From Eledone cirrhosa (taxonomy: Eukaryota): 64,000 nt of DNA. Under the pieces are notes generated by a model. That model searched no databases. It was not told where the DNA came from and was given only the letters and a program-made list of their open reading frames with translations. The stretch covers positions 9,300,001 to 9,364,000 of the forward strand of contig OZ024751.1 of assembly GCA_964016885.1 (NCBI GenBank). Reading direction: 5' to 3'. The translations under genes and the position numbers were made by a program. Shown here piece after piece: positions 28,790 through 42,847 of this stretch (positions are counted from its first letter, which is position 1; each line of letters opens with the position of its first letter).

Positions 28790-31700
28790 TCAGGATTTGG
28801 GCACCATGGCCCGTTCGAGAAGAGAATTACTGTTTGCGGAGACATATCCGGGTGTGGGTGGTTTGTCCGGGATTACTTGGAGGAATTTGTCCAAAGACTT
28901 CTTGAATTTTGTGTGGTCAGTTTCTGTTTTGACGTGTCCTGTTGTGATGTTGAAGAGAGCAGGGCCGATTGAGGTGAAATAATTGTGCCGTATTGTTGTT
29001 ATGAGTTGCGATTTAGATTTTTGTATGGGACGGATATAGCACGGGGCCCAAGCCTTGGGTGTATCTTGAAGGCGATGACAACATCATTTGGGCAGTGATG
29101 ATGGAACATTTTCCACATCATGCAGATAATATAACGCTCACGGCGACGTTGGAGTGAGTAAAGTTTCAGGTTTTCTAGTCGACCCCAGTAGTCAAGGTCT
29201 GACATGCCATCTATCTTTTTCGTGATTGCCCTTTGAGGAGCTTCAAGTTTCATGATACTTTGTTTCGTGTGGGGAGACCACAGTGGACAACAGTATTCAA
29301 GGTGTGGTCGGGCAAAAGTAGAGAAGAGAAGGATAATGGTGTGGGAATCTCTCGACTGGAAGGTTCTGAGGATCCAGGAACACATTCTGCGGGCCATGTC
29401 AACTTTGCTGCTTATATGCGTGGCCCAGCTTATGTTGCTGTCCACGGTTACTCCCAAGTCTCTGATGTTGTTAGATGCCACGAGAGTTTCCCCGGAGGGA
29501 AGGGAGTACGGGAGTTTCAGAGCATCCTCTTTTCCAAAGTGGATCAGTTCGTATTTGTCTTCGTTCAGTAACATGTTGTTCTTTTCCGCCCATTGGGTAA
29601 CAGCCAGTAGGTCTGACTGAAAGCTTATCCGGTCATCCACGCCATTGATGACCTTTTGGAGCTTGGAATCATCAGCGAACATTTTAATGTTGCTGTGTTT
29701 GATGATGTCAGTGATGTCATTAATATAGATGATGAAGAGAAGTGGGCCCAACACAGTGCCTTGTGGGACCCCACTACTGACTTTGGCTGGGCTGGATTTG
29801 ACTCCTTCAACTACAACATGTTGGGTTCTGTTTGACAGGAGCTGTTGATCCACTGCAGCAGCTTTCCAGTGACACCAATATTGGACAGATTTCTCAGTAG
29901 AATGTTATGATCAACCCTGTCAAAGGCCTTGCTGAAATCAAGGTAGATAACATCAGTGTTGGAACCCTCTCCCAAGGCTCTCAAAATGTCATCAAAGTGA
30001 TGCAGTAGCTGCGTCAGGCAATCCCTTCTATTACGGAATCCATGCTGGTTGGAGTTCAGCATATTGTTACTCTCAAGGAAGTGGGTCATTCGCGATCTCA
30101 CCACTCTCTCAAATACCTTAATGATATGAGAGGTGAGTGAGATTGGACGGTAATTCACGGCAAGGGATTTGTTTCCCTTTTTGAAAACTGGGACAACAGA
30201 CTGGGATAGAAGGTTTTCTGGCACATATCCAGCATCCAGTGAGTTCCGCCACAGATTGGCAAGAGGAGATGCAAGTTGGTGTTGACACGCCTTCAAGACA
30301 CAAGCAGGGAACCTATCGGGACCTACTGCTGAATTATGCTTGATTTCCTTTATTGCCGCTAAGACATCAGGGGCGCCAAACGTTATGTCCGATAAGGTGT
30401 AATGGGGAGTAACATCGCCGATACAGCCCAGATCGGCCATATCAGGATTGCTGAAAACAGAGCAGTATTGTTTCTGCAGTATCTCACCCATGGTTTTAGC
30501 ATTGTCTTGAAGAGTGCCATTTTCATCAATTAGAGGGCAAACAGTAGAGCCAGTGATTTTGTGTTTTTTTGCAAATGAAAAGAACACTTTGGGATTGAGT
30601 TTGAAGTTCTCAATGGCCCAGGCCTCTTCAGCTCTTCTCTGATTGTTGATGAGGGACATTATGTTGTTTTGGAGGTTATGTTTTTTAATCTCTAGTGATG
30701 AAATGGCAGTTAAGTTGATATGTTGCTGCTGACAGTATTTCAGCTTGTTGATTTTTTTGTTCGTTCTCTTAATTTTTCTGATGAGCGTTTTTCTATTTCT
30801 AGGGATTCTGCTCTTAGATTTGTTTATAGTTATTAATGGGGTGTGTTTAGCACATATGTTTGTAACAGTGTCCACAAATGTCTGCCAGGACTTTTTGATG
30901 TTAGTGCGTGTATGAGTGTGCGTGAAGGACCAGTCGACATGTGCAAGATCATGACTGATCGCTTCCCAGTTTGCATTGTGGAAATCCATAGCGTCAAACG
31001 GATGGACAGGAGAGATGACATTGGGTTTGTATATTGGACGGTGGAATCTCAGATCACAGAGAACCATGTCATGATCAGAGAGTAGAGTTTTCTCCACTGC
31101 AATATTGTGGATATTGTCAGTGTGATTGCTGAAAATTAAGTCTAGGACGTTTTTGTGGCACCTCGTTGGTTCGAGCACCAGTTGGGATAGGAAGAAATCA
31201 TCCATGAAATCGAGAAGCGATTCCACTGCTTCCCTGTCAGAGGTTGAGGCAGAAGAACCTGGTGGCAGGCTGTTTGTGGACCAGTCAACTCCGGGGAGGT
31301 TGAACTCCCCCATCATTAAGATGTTGTCAGGGTGACACTCTTGGATGAAACACTTTATGCTGTTGAGGCATTCCTTGAAGCATGGTACAGGCGTTTGGGG
31401 TGGCCTATAGAGCCCAACTACTATTAGGTTGTTGGTTTGACTGAATACAGTGACTGCTTCACAGTATCCATTAGTGAATATGTTCATAGACTCTGTTGAG
31501 AAAGAATTATGGACATAAATGGCAGTTCCACCCTTTCTTCTGCCAGCGCGATCAGCACGGATGGCTTTGAAATTTTTCACTTTCACCTCGGCTTCCGAGT
31601 GGAGGTTACTGAGATGGGTTTCAGTGAGGACGAAGAATGGGATGTGGTTTGGATGGACATCAATCCAGTCCTCCAGGAATTTGATCTTCCATTTTTGAGT

Positions 31701-31811
31701 ATTGGTGGAAGGGCTGATGCCTTGGGCGTTAAGCAAAAATGTAGAGGCGAGAGTGGATGGTTTTAATTGTTTTGGTGTGTTGTTAATTTGTTTGTTTGTT
31801 AATGGCAGCAA
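28790..31811 (-). pseudogene. LINE ORF2: apurinic-like endonuclease plus reverse transcriptase, with two frameshifts
   Basis: APE motifs LLNAQG, LTETHL, GLYRPP, GEFN, LDLIF, SDH; RT motifs NYRPISLTS, QHGFR, LDFSKAFD, GVPQGTVLGP, FADD; CR1 motifs RPHLEYC and SLQRRRERY. Frameshifts near 29840 and 29030; the last segment ends FKKSLDKFLQVIPDKPPTPGY...PKS*. Confidence 0.93.
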
Positions 31812-32110
31812 TGGCAGTTTGTGCAGTGGGGTGATAGTGGAGGGTGGTGCTGGGTGATAGCTCGAATGTTTTTTTCCAGTTCTTTTGCCAGATTCATTAT
31901 GGCTAAAAAAGAGGAAGAAGTTTCCTGTTTAGAAGACTGTTGGTGACTGTGGTAGTGGTTATTTTTATGTAGGTTATGGTTTTTGATTTTGCTTTTATTT
32001 TTAATTTTATTTTCATTTGTCCGACGGGTCCCCGGGAGATGGGTAAATGGACAATCCCGGTCTAAACACAATCTGTCTCGCAGGGAAAAGCGGCAGATTT
32101 GTGGATTCCT
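31799..32110 (-). pseudogene. LINE ORF1 C-terminal fragment with CCCH zinc finger
   Basis: NPQICRFSLRDRLCLDRDCPFTHLPGTRR (C-x8-C-x4-C-x3-H), then a low-complexity tail; stop at 31799-31801. Confidence 0.8.
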
Positions 32111-32125
32111 TGTTTGAGTTATTGT

Positions 32126-32460
32126 ACATATATGTATACAGACCTACAGTTGTATGTATATATATATACATATATACATACATGAACACATATATATATG
32201 TACGTATGGATTCACCGAACATTTATTATAATGCTCGATGTGTTTGTAAACAAACATCCCGAATTAAGCCGTACAGTGTCTAGCAACCATCGTTGCTCAT
32301 TTGTTCAACACTCACAAAGGAACGCTACATGTAAATATATATATATACATATTAATGTACGTCTGTATACATATATATATGTACGTATACATACTTATAT
32401 TTAGGTAACAGCCGTACTAAGAGTGAGAAATGAAATTTCGTTTCATTTTTTCCGTTTATA
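32126..32460 (-). mobile_element. Rearranged fragment of the 13380-14055 PLE-like family
   Basis: 32126-32326 is the reverse complement of about 13777-13975; 32355-32458 matches the direct-repeat segment in plus orientation. Confidence 0.8.
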
Positions 32461-32617
32461 AATATATATATATATATATAAATATATATATAAAAAACTG
32501 ATATATATAAATATATATATGAAAAACTGAATCCCCGTACGATCATGAATACCACGAGCTTGCCAGTCATATATATGTATGTATATATACATGTATGTAT
32601 ATATATATGTATATATA

Positions 32618-33295
<678 letters not shown>

Positions 33296-33337
33296 ATATA
33301 TCTGCTCTGTAGAACAACTGATATTATTACATTGAGC

Positions 33338-33535
33338 GGTGGATTGGCAGTATCGGTAGAGGGTCGGACGCTATGCTTTGGCGTATAGAGTTACGGCCCT
33401 TGCCATTCTGAGTTCAAATCCCGCCGAGGTTAACTTTGCCTTTCATCCTTACGGGGTCGATAAAATAAAGTACCAGTAATGCTCTGGTTAATTGCTGGCC
33501 TTGTGCTGGCCTTGTGCCAAACGTAGAGACAATTA
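33338..33535 (+). mobile_element. SINE family B, full length with 15-bp TSD
   Basis: A and B boxes, Meta-like body; ATTATTACATTGAGC at 33323-33337 and 33532-33546. Confidence 0.92.
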
Positions 33536-33631
33536 TTACATTGAGCTATTTATCTTTCACTGTTTAGGGTTTAAAATATATATAACTATAAAAAGTTTTA
33601 TTATATACATAACCATGAATAGTATCCTTAA

Positions 33632-33634
<3 letters not shown>

Positions 33635-33711
<77 letters not shown>

Positions 33712-33988
33712 GTATGTATATATATATATATGTATGTATATATATATGCATATATATATATATGCATATATATATATATGCATATATATATATGCATATA
33801 TATGTATGCATATATATATATGCATATATATATATGCATATATATAAGCATATATATATGCATATATATATATGCATATATATATATGTATATATATATA
33901 TGCATATATATATATATGCATATATATATATGCATATATATGTATGTATATTTTTACACATATATGGATGTATATATATATATATATG
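33635..33988. repeat. (TA)n and (ATATATATATGC)n microsatellite
   Basis: Seen directly. Confidence 0.9.
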
Positions 33989-34697
33989 CGTCTACTATTG
34001 TCGTACGTGAGAATTAGTACCTAATACTGAAATAATTTAAAGATTTATTTATTATGGCTAATATCTCTGGAGTCTCCCCACGCTTGTTGCTGTTATGTTT
34101 CACCAGGGCATTGACAGGCTCCTCAGACAAGACACGTCTGTCTAATGAACCTTGTATGGGCAGTGAATCTCCAGAGTAACATGGCTCATCATTTCGCCAT
34201 TAGTAAATGAATGAATATATATATCTGTGAATAGGTTTGTGTCTGTATGTGTGTGATTATTGCATGATAACCTCATTTCGAACTACATATTTCATTTACT
34301 AGCCAGCGCTTGATAACAACAATCTGGAGAAAGTTGAAACTTTTTACAGATACGTGACATGATTTCATCTTTCGACTGAGAGAAGGAATTTCCACATAAT
34401 TCGCCAAATCATAATGGTTCTAAAGAGAAAATATCTTAATACATTTGAATCTGCTCCACACCTCTAAATTACGTTTGCAGGAAATTTGAAGAGGAAGCTA
34501 TTGATGAATACAGCGTGATAATTAACACGTGAGGTCATGAGATACTTGACCAGTCTCTAACCTCGTGTATCGTTCCAATATTTTAACCATTAGCCGAGAA
34601 TGCTTTTAGAAAACTTATTTAAATTAATCGACCAAACAACACCTTCGGACACGGAATGTTTGGGTAGCTAATTAACACACATCGTGCAAACATACAT

Positions 34698-34761
<64 letters not shown>

Positions 34762-34765
<4 letters not shown>

Positions 34766-36596
34766 GAAAAGTATAGCAATTGTTAGAGCGAGAAGCTAAC
34801 AAGCTAATATATATATATATATAATGGAAAAATTTGAACAGGAACAAAACAGAGAGGCAGTACAACGAATGTTTATTAATTTCACGCTCTGGAGAGAGGG
34901 GTGATGGTGGGGAACGACGTGTCGGGCATAAGCCCTTCCTCAGGTGAGAAGTGTGTGGGAACATAGTTCAAAGGGTGTGTAGGGGAGTGGTGGAGAGACA
35001 TATAGCGAAAGGAAACGGTGCGAATGAAATTAAAAATAAAAATAAAAATAAAGCATGATCAAAATACAAGGAATGAAATAAAATTAAATATAAAAGCATG
35101 ATCAAAATAAACTGAAATTAAAAGGGGGGTAAAACAGGTGGTGGAAGGGTGTGAGGTGTGTAGGGGTGGTGGCGGGTGTAGTGGGGAGAGGGAGACAGGG
35201 TGTCCGAGTGGGGAGGGCTGAAGGTGGTGTGTGTGTGTAGGTGTACGTGTGTGTGTGTGTATGTGAAAGTAAGGGTTGGGGGAAGAACGGGGTTGCATGT
35301 TCAGGAAGAGGTGTGTGTGGGGGGTTGTAGGTCGGAGTGTCTGTGCGTGTGTGGATAGAGGGGTGGGGGGAGAGGAATCAGGAGGTTGAGGGTGTAAATA
35401 TGTGGTGGAAAGCACGTGTGTGTGGGGTTTAAGCGTGTTGTGGGTGTAGGTGGCGTGTGGAGAAAAAAAATGTGTTTGGGTGTGTGTGTGTGGGTGAGTT
35501 ATATAGGTGATTCCGTAAGAGGATGGTTGAAAAGTTGGTAAAATCCTATGATGTTTAGTGGATTCTGTGGTGGTCAAGTTCCACATACGAGTATTCTATG
35601 AAGAGATGGTCGGAAGAGGAGAGATGTGGGGTGCGCGCGCAACAGGAAGTGGTCAAGCAGTGGGAGTGATGTGAGTCTGTTTGTGCTGGCAGGTGGTCAG
35701 AGGGCATAGCAGCAGTCGGTGGAATGGTAAAGGGGCGAGGATGGGTAGGTGTGAAAGTTGGAGTGAGGAGGGTGTGTGTGTGTGTGTATTAGTAGAGGTG
35801 TTAGTGGGATGAGTGAGTGTGGAGCGAGGGTGTGGGTCGAGCGGGGAGAGTAGGGTGTGTGTGGTTCTATGGAGGGAGTGGGGTGTACTGGTGTGTGTGT
35901 AGTTTGATGAGGGGGGTGTTAGTGGGTGTTAGTATACGGGAGGAGGGGAAGGGTTGAATGCAGGTGTGAGTGGGGATTAGTGGTGGTAGGGTGTGTAGAG
36001 TTGGTGGTGTACGAGGGTGTGTGGGTAAGTGTGCGTAGGGTTGGGGGGGTGTTAGTGATGTTAGTTGCGTGTGGGGTGGGTGGTGTAAGTGGGTGCATGT
36101 TGTCGTGTGCTTGGGATCAGGGTATGTTGGTGAGGTTAGTTGCGGGGTGGTGTGATGGAGGTGTGGGGGTGAGAGTTTTGGGGGTGAGGGTTAGTGGTGG
36201 TAGTAGGGTGTTTGTTTAGTGTGAGCGCGTGTATATATGTACCGGTGGGTGTGTGCGTTTTATAAGGAGGGGGAGGAGGAGAAGAAGGGAGGGATGTTAG
36301 TATATTAGTTGGGGAAGGGTGGTCGGATGAGGGGTGAAGTGGAGGTGTTAGTATTGTTAGTTGTGAGGTGGGCGGTGAAAAGGAGGGGTGTGTTAGTGGT
36401 GTTAGTGGGGGATAAGTGTGGGAGGAGGGAGGCGGTCGAAGGCTAAAGGAATAAGGGTGGGGAGTTCAGGCCAGGGGTAGTGTGGGTCTGTAAGATGAAG
36501 ATAGTTCTTTGTTCGACTCTAAGGCGATTGGCGGGTGTTCCGTGGCATTGGAGTAGGCCACAGACTGTGAGATGGCGTGCTGAATGTCCAGGGCCA

Positions 36597-36598
<2 letters not shown>
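34762..36598 (-). mobile_element. 5'-truncated Penelope-like element: endonuclease C-terminus, long C-rich 3' UTR, hammerhead-like motif
   Basis: EN fragment at 36443-36598; hammerhead-like CTGAGGA-A-GGGC-TTAT-GCCC-GACA-CG-TC at 34916-34943; (TA)n on both sides. Confidence 0.8.
36443..36598 (-). pseudogene. GIY-YIG endonuclease C-terminal fragment of a PLE (not in the ORF track)
   Basis: GGPGHSARHLTVCGLLQCHGTPANRLRVEQRTIFILQTHTTPGLNSPPLFL*, matching the PLE pattern GHS...R...EQ..IF.L.T..P.GLN. Confidence 0.8.
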
Positions 36599-36651
<53 letters not shown>

Positions 36652-36655
<4 letters not shown>

Positions 36656-38580
36656 GGTTTGAGGTTCACCACTGTATAGAGCTGGTCTATTCCGTATGGT
36701 CAATCGTAATGCAATAATATAGTGAGTACTCAACGTAAAGCAGTTCAACCGTATTTGTTTTTGTAGTTGGTGGTGCTATTATGGAGTTAAATATTATAAT
36801 GAAATGACAGGAGGCTGGATTTGTGTAAATCCTTGAAAGGTTTATTATACTATGATCATTTCAATGACCGGGTTCCGTATGAATCCGGTGATATCATCAG
36901 GTATTCGAAATATAATACGTGAATGTAATAGATAAAATCCATGGGGCTGAAAATCGAGGACCCGAGGGCGACCGCTATTCTGTTCCTTCAACCTCAGCCG
37001 GTCGCCCTGGAGTGACCTGGCTAAAGTTTATAGTATGCTACTACCGGTCAGACAAAACTAAAACAGAAAGGGATGGGAGCATAAGTTAACGTCGATCTCA
37101 TGACACAAGGTAAAAGAAAGAAAGAAAGGAAGGAGAGAGAAGAAGGTGGAAGAAAGAAGAAGAGAAGCCAGGGTTAATGTCAGCTAAAAGAAGAAAGGCA
37201 ACTACTACCGGTCAGATATAGGCAAGCAAGAGGGGGAAGGAAGATAAGTCTGCGGGAGGAAGACAGGAAGAGGGGAGAAGAGAAGGAAGAGAAGAGAGAA
37301 GTAGAAAAGTAAGGGTTGATGGCTACAAGAAGGAAGATAGAAAGAAAGAGGAAGAAAGGTCGATATTAATGTCAGACCACAGTCAAGCCAGGAGTGGCGC
37401 GAGAAAATGTTCACAGGGACCCGCATCTTAGCAGAGGTGAATATATTGGTGGTCAGTGTGTTACAATGTTTAGACTTATAGGATGAAGTTAAAAAATTAG
37501 TAATCAATATTCCATATTAAAGAGGTTAGAAAATTTAAAGCTCAACAGTTTCAGCTTGATATATCTAATAGTTCCGATTTGTTCTGTAATTTAAAGGTAC
37601 TATTTGGCGGTTAAAACACCGGCCGCGCCCCGGGATGAAGTTAAAAAAATTAATAATCAATATTCAATATTAAAGAGGTTAGAAAATTTAAAGTTCAACA
37701 GTTTAACACTTTATTATATAATAGTTCCGATTTGTTCTGTAATTTAAGGGTACTATGTGGCGGTTAAAACACCGGCCGCGCCCCGGGCCCCATGGCGAAT
37801 TAAGCTACGCCGAGTATTTTCATTTACTGAAAGAAGGGGAAATTTATTTTTCCAAGCACTCCAGGTGAGCTCGTTCGCCAGGGAGCTGGTCGCGCCGCCA
37901 TTAAAACCCACCCAACAGTCCGACAGAAAGTTGGAACTTTAAAATTTTGCTTAGAGAAGTAAAAGAGTAATGGTTGATAGCTACAAGAAGGAAGATAGAA
38001 AGAGAGAGGAAGGAAGGTCGATATTAATGTCATACCACAGTCGGGCCAGGAGTGGCGCGACAAAATTTTCACAGGGACCCGTATCTTAGCGACCGGCTCC
38101 CTGGCGAACAAGCTCACCTGGAGTGCTTGGAAAAATCAATTTCCCCTTCTTTCGGTAAATGAAAATACTCGGCGTGGCTTAGTTCGCCATGGGGCCCGGG
38201 GCGCGGCCGGTGTTTTAACCGCCAAATAGTACCTTTAAATTACAGAACAAATCGGAACTATTAGATATATCAAGCTGAAACTGTTGAGCTTTAAATTTTC
38301 TAACCTCTTTAATATGGAATATTGATTACTAATTTTTTAACTTCATCCTATAAGTCTAAACATTGTAACACACTGACCCCCAATATATTCACCTCTGCTA
38401 AGATGCGGGTCCCTGTGAAAATTTTCTCGCGCCACTCCTGGCTTGACTGTGGTCTGTCATTAATATCGACCTTTCTTCCTCTTTCTTTCTATCTTCCTTC
38501 TTGAGAGCCATCAACCCTTACTTTTCTACTTCTCTCTTCTCTTCCTTCTCTTCTCCCTTCTCCCTTCTTCTCCCCTCTTC
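36652..38580. mobile_element. Complex rearranged repeat with a large inverted duplication
   Basis: About 37270-37890 versus 38089-38560 are inverted copies; tandem duplication of about 150 bp at 37481-37785; second direct copy at 37955-38090; degenerate hammerhead-like motif at 36865-36905 (-). Confidence 0.75.
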
Positions 38581-38635
38581 CAACACACGCACACACACAC
38601 ACACACAGTAACATTTAACAAACAGGCAGAGAATG

Positions 38636-39059
38636 GACTGACAGCTAGCGCCATCCCACTCCCTCATTCGGCCGCTGACCTCTGTACGACCGACCCCATT
38701 TCACTCGAACGCGCGCTCTGCCGAATACCTCAGATATTCAAAACAACAAACAATAAAAGACGCGTTCTGGACTTGTCCGACAGACAACCTTTTCCCCCAC
38801 CCCGGAAAAAAACCCCAGTTGATGGATGTGAATCCGAAATATATAGGGACTATTAAATCTCTCCCAAGGTAACTCTTTCTTGTGTTGTTATTTTTATTTT
38901 TATCCTTTATACTCTTCCCTTCATTCTACACATCTCACACATCTTATACACACCACGCATTTCAACGTACACCCACTTACATCTCTCTCTCCACTACCGG
39001 ACCTTGTTACCCGGATATTTACCCATTTGCATTGTCGAGGCTTCCAAACGACTTAAAGA

Positions 39060-39060
<1 letters not shown>
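38636..39060 (+). mobile_element. Second copy of the 21844-22265 repeat
   Basis: Sequence homology along the whole length. Confidence 0.8.
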
Positions 39061-39964
<904 letters not shown>

Positions 39965-39965
<1 letters not shown>

Positions 39966-40554
39966 TAAAGAATGATTAATAAAACAGGTAGACATCATAA
40001 AAAGCAATTTATTCCAAGTATTTACAAATGTTTCCTTAGTAGTTACTCAGCCTAATTATGCCATATGAAAATTGGTAATTATTAATTTACAGATACTCAA
40101 TTTTCAAATGTTCCTACCACCAATTCTTTCTCTTTTCCTTTTCTATTCTCTCTTCCCCAGTAACTCCCTTTAAGAAATATTAAGAAACTATGATCCAGCC
40201 AAATTAGTTCTGAAACATTGGTGGTACGAACAGAATTTGAAAATTGATTATCTGCAAATTAATTGTTTCTACTTTAGGCACAAGGCCAGCAATTATACCA
40301 GTGCATTACTGTTACTTTATTTTATCGACCCTGTAAGCATGAAAGGCAAAGTTAACCTCGGCGGAATTTGAACTCAGATCATAAAGGGACGTAACTATGC
40401 TGGAAAGCATGGCGTCCGACCCTCTACCTATACTGTCAACTACCAATTTGCATATAGCATGACTAGGCTGTGTAACTACTAAGGAAACATTTGTAAACAC
40501 TTGGAATAAATTACCTTTTTATGATGTCTACCTGTTTTATTAATCATTCTTTAT
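39965..40554. mobile_element. Foldback element (outer arms of about 110 bp) interrupted by a SINE family B copy at about 40260-40445 (-)
   Basis: 39965-40077 is inverted at 40441-40554; 40080-40125 is inverted at 40217-40264; SINE B motifs lie between. Confidence 0.8.
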
Positions 40555-40704
40555 CTAGATTCCAGAATATAGAAGAATCGGAAACCATCTTTCTTTAACT
40601 ATTCTTTTGTAACTCGTTGAGTAATCCCTCACCGTACGTTGACTCTCTCTAGTGTAATTAACTATTAGTGCATTCAGGATAATTCTACACATTTCTTGCA
40701 TAAC

Positions 40705-40736
40705 CTAATATATTTATATATATGTATATATATATG

Positions 40737-40787
<51 letters not shown>

Positions 40788-40871
40788 ATATATGAATATA
40801 TATATATGTATATGTATATATATATGTATATATATTGTATATATATATTTATATATATGTATATATATATA

Positions 40872-40960
<89 letters not shown>

Positions 40961-41270
40961 TTATATATATGTGTATATATATATGTGTGTATATATATTT
41001 ATATATATGTATATATATATATTTATATATATATGTATATATATATATATTTATATATATGTATATATATTTATATATATGTGTATATATATATTTATAT
41101 ATATGTATATGTATATACATCTTTATATAAATATATATATATGTTTTTATACAGTATATGTATTTATATATATGTATATATGTATTTATATATATGTATA
41201 CATATAGATTTTTGTATATGCATACATATACATTTTTGTATATATATGTATATATATATATATATATATG
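40705..41270. repeat. Degenerate (TA)n microsatellite
   Basis: Seen directly. Confidence 0.95.
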
Positions 41271-41363
41271 ATAAATTAACTGAGCCATAGACTCTCGCTA
41301 TTCCCTGTCAATAATGTGTTCAAAGGAGAAGGAATTCTGAGCTCTTTAAAATACAATATCTTG

Positions 41364-41902
41364 AGAAAGTTAACACACTAGAGACAGATAGTGCGCCATC
41401 AATAAAACAGGGAAAAAACCACCAGTGTATGGAATCTATAACCTATGAAAGGCAGGGTAGACACATGATAATTAAAAATATAAATTAAAATATATATACG
41501 GACCTCAATAACTATATAACACACACGTACAAATCCAAATAGATCTCCTTTCGCCAGGAAGAAATATCACTGCCTGAAACACGCTGTGACATCTCTCTCC
41601 TGCGTGTAGCTGGACGGTCGCTTTAGATTCTTTTAGTGTCGTCTGAAAGGTATAGCCTTACACACGCTGATGAACCATGGGCTATTTCATTTCAGTCAAC
41701 AACTTCCTGGCGAAACAGATCTCTTTTGATTTGTACGTGTATGTTATATAGTTATAAAGGTACGTATATACACTTTAATTTATATTTTTAATTATCGTGT
41801 GTCTACCCATCCTTTCAAAGGTTATAGATTCCTTCCATACACTGGTGGTTTTTCCCTGTTTTATTGATAGCACCCTATCTCTCTCTAGTGTGTTACCTTT
41901 TC
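41364..41902. mobile_element. Foldback element with diverged inverted arms of about 200 bp; hammerhead-like boxes at 41667-41725
   Basis: 41364-41563 is inverted at 41704-41902; CTGATGA at 41667 and GAAA at 41712, but the stems are weak. Confidence 0.7.
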
Positions 41903-41907
41903 AACAT

Positions 41908-41951
<44 letters not shown>

Positions 41952-42847
41952 CATACCAGTATATACCCACAGACACATACACACACACACTTTGAAATAG
42001 ATTTTATTGTGAGGTATACATATATTTAATTGTCTTAATATCCTTGTGAGCTCAAGTATTTGGATGGGAGAGGGGCACTTTCTTGTAATTCATTTGGTGA
42101 TAAAGGATGGGGTTTAGGATATGTGGGAATAATAAATTACCTCTGGGTAGTGCCTGTCCTTCCTATTTAGGAGTTTTCTTCTTTTCAATTTGTTATTTGA
42201 TACCTGTTTTGTATTCTTACACGTCTTGTTATACGTGGACCGATTGAGAAATTCATAGGCTCACGAAGATACTCTCATGGAATGACCAAATGAGGTTTAT
42301 AGTTCAACAAAGTGCCTGGAAAGAAACAATATAGTGATTACTGAGAAGAATTGAAATTGATGCATACAAGATTTCACAGCTCTAGCGTCAATAATTCTTA
42401 GGCTGACCAAGATACTCTCACGGAATGTCCAAAATCAGGTTTACTTTTCAACAAAGCCTCTGTAAAGAAACTATCCATTTATTAATAAGAGATGAAATTA
42501 ATGGATGCAAGATTTCACAGCCCTAGCATCAATCCTTCACAATCAGCCTATGACCTTGTCAGCCGGTCCTCGTAAATATATATATATATATATATATATA
42601 TTAAGAATATTTTCGAAACGGCGAGTGGGTTTGAAATTATTAGAAATGTAAGCTATCGACGTATTTTGACTAAAGAAATTAAATAAATTATTTAGCCTGA
42701 TAGTGGGGTTAAGAACCCTTGGATAAATGGAAAAAGATGAGTATTGACGTACATGGGAGTCGAACCCACATCATTAAAACCGCCCTCTCCCTTCCCATTG
42801 TATCGACGTGGATGTTTTCAGGCCTAGTGATCAAAAAGGAAATTATA

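Larger units (their letters stand above)
28703..32125 (-). mobile_element. CR1-type LINE, 5'-truncated within ORF1
   Basis: ORF1 end plus APE/RT ORF2, short 3' UTR, 3' terminal tandem repeat (TTCAAAGTTA)x2 abutting (TA)n. Confidence 0.92.

Noticed and set aside
34300-34620. Possible decayed Tc1/mariner transposase C-terminus (FPHNSPN...NYVCRKFEE)
   Set aside because: Similarity too weak and fragmented to support without a search.
42250-42540. Local tandem duplication of about 150 bp (also 52365-52580 and 21255-21530)
   Set aside because: Real but ordinary diverged duplications, with no further structure found.
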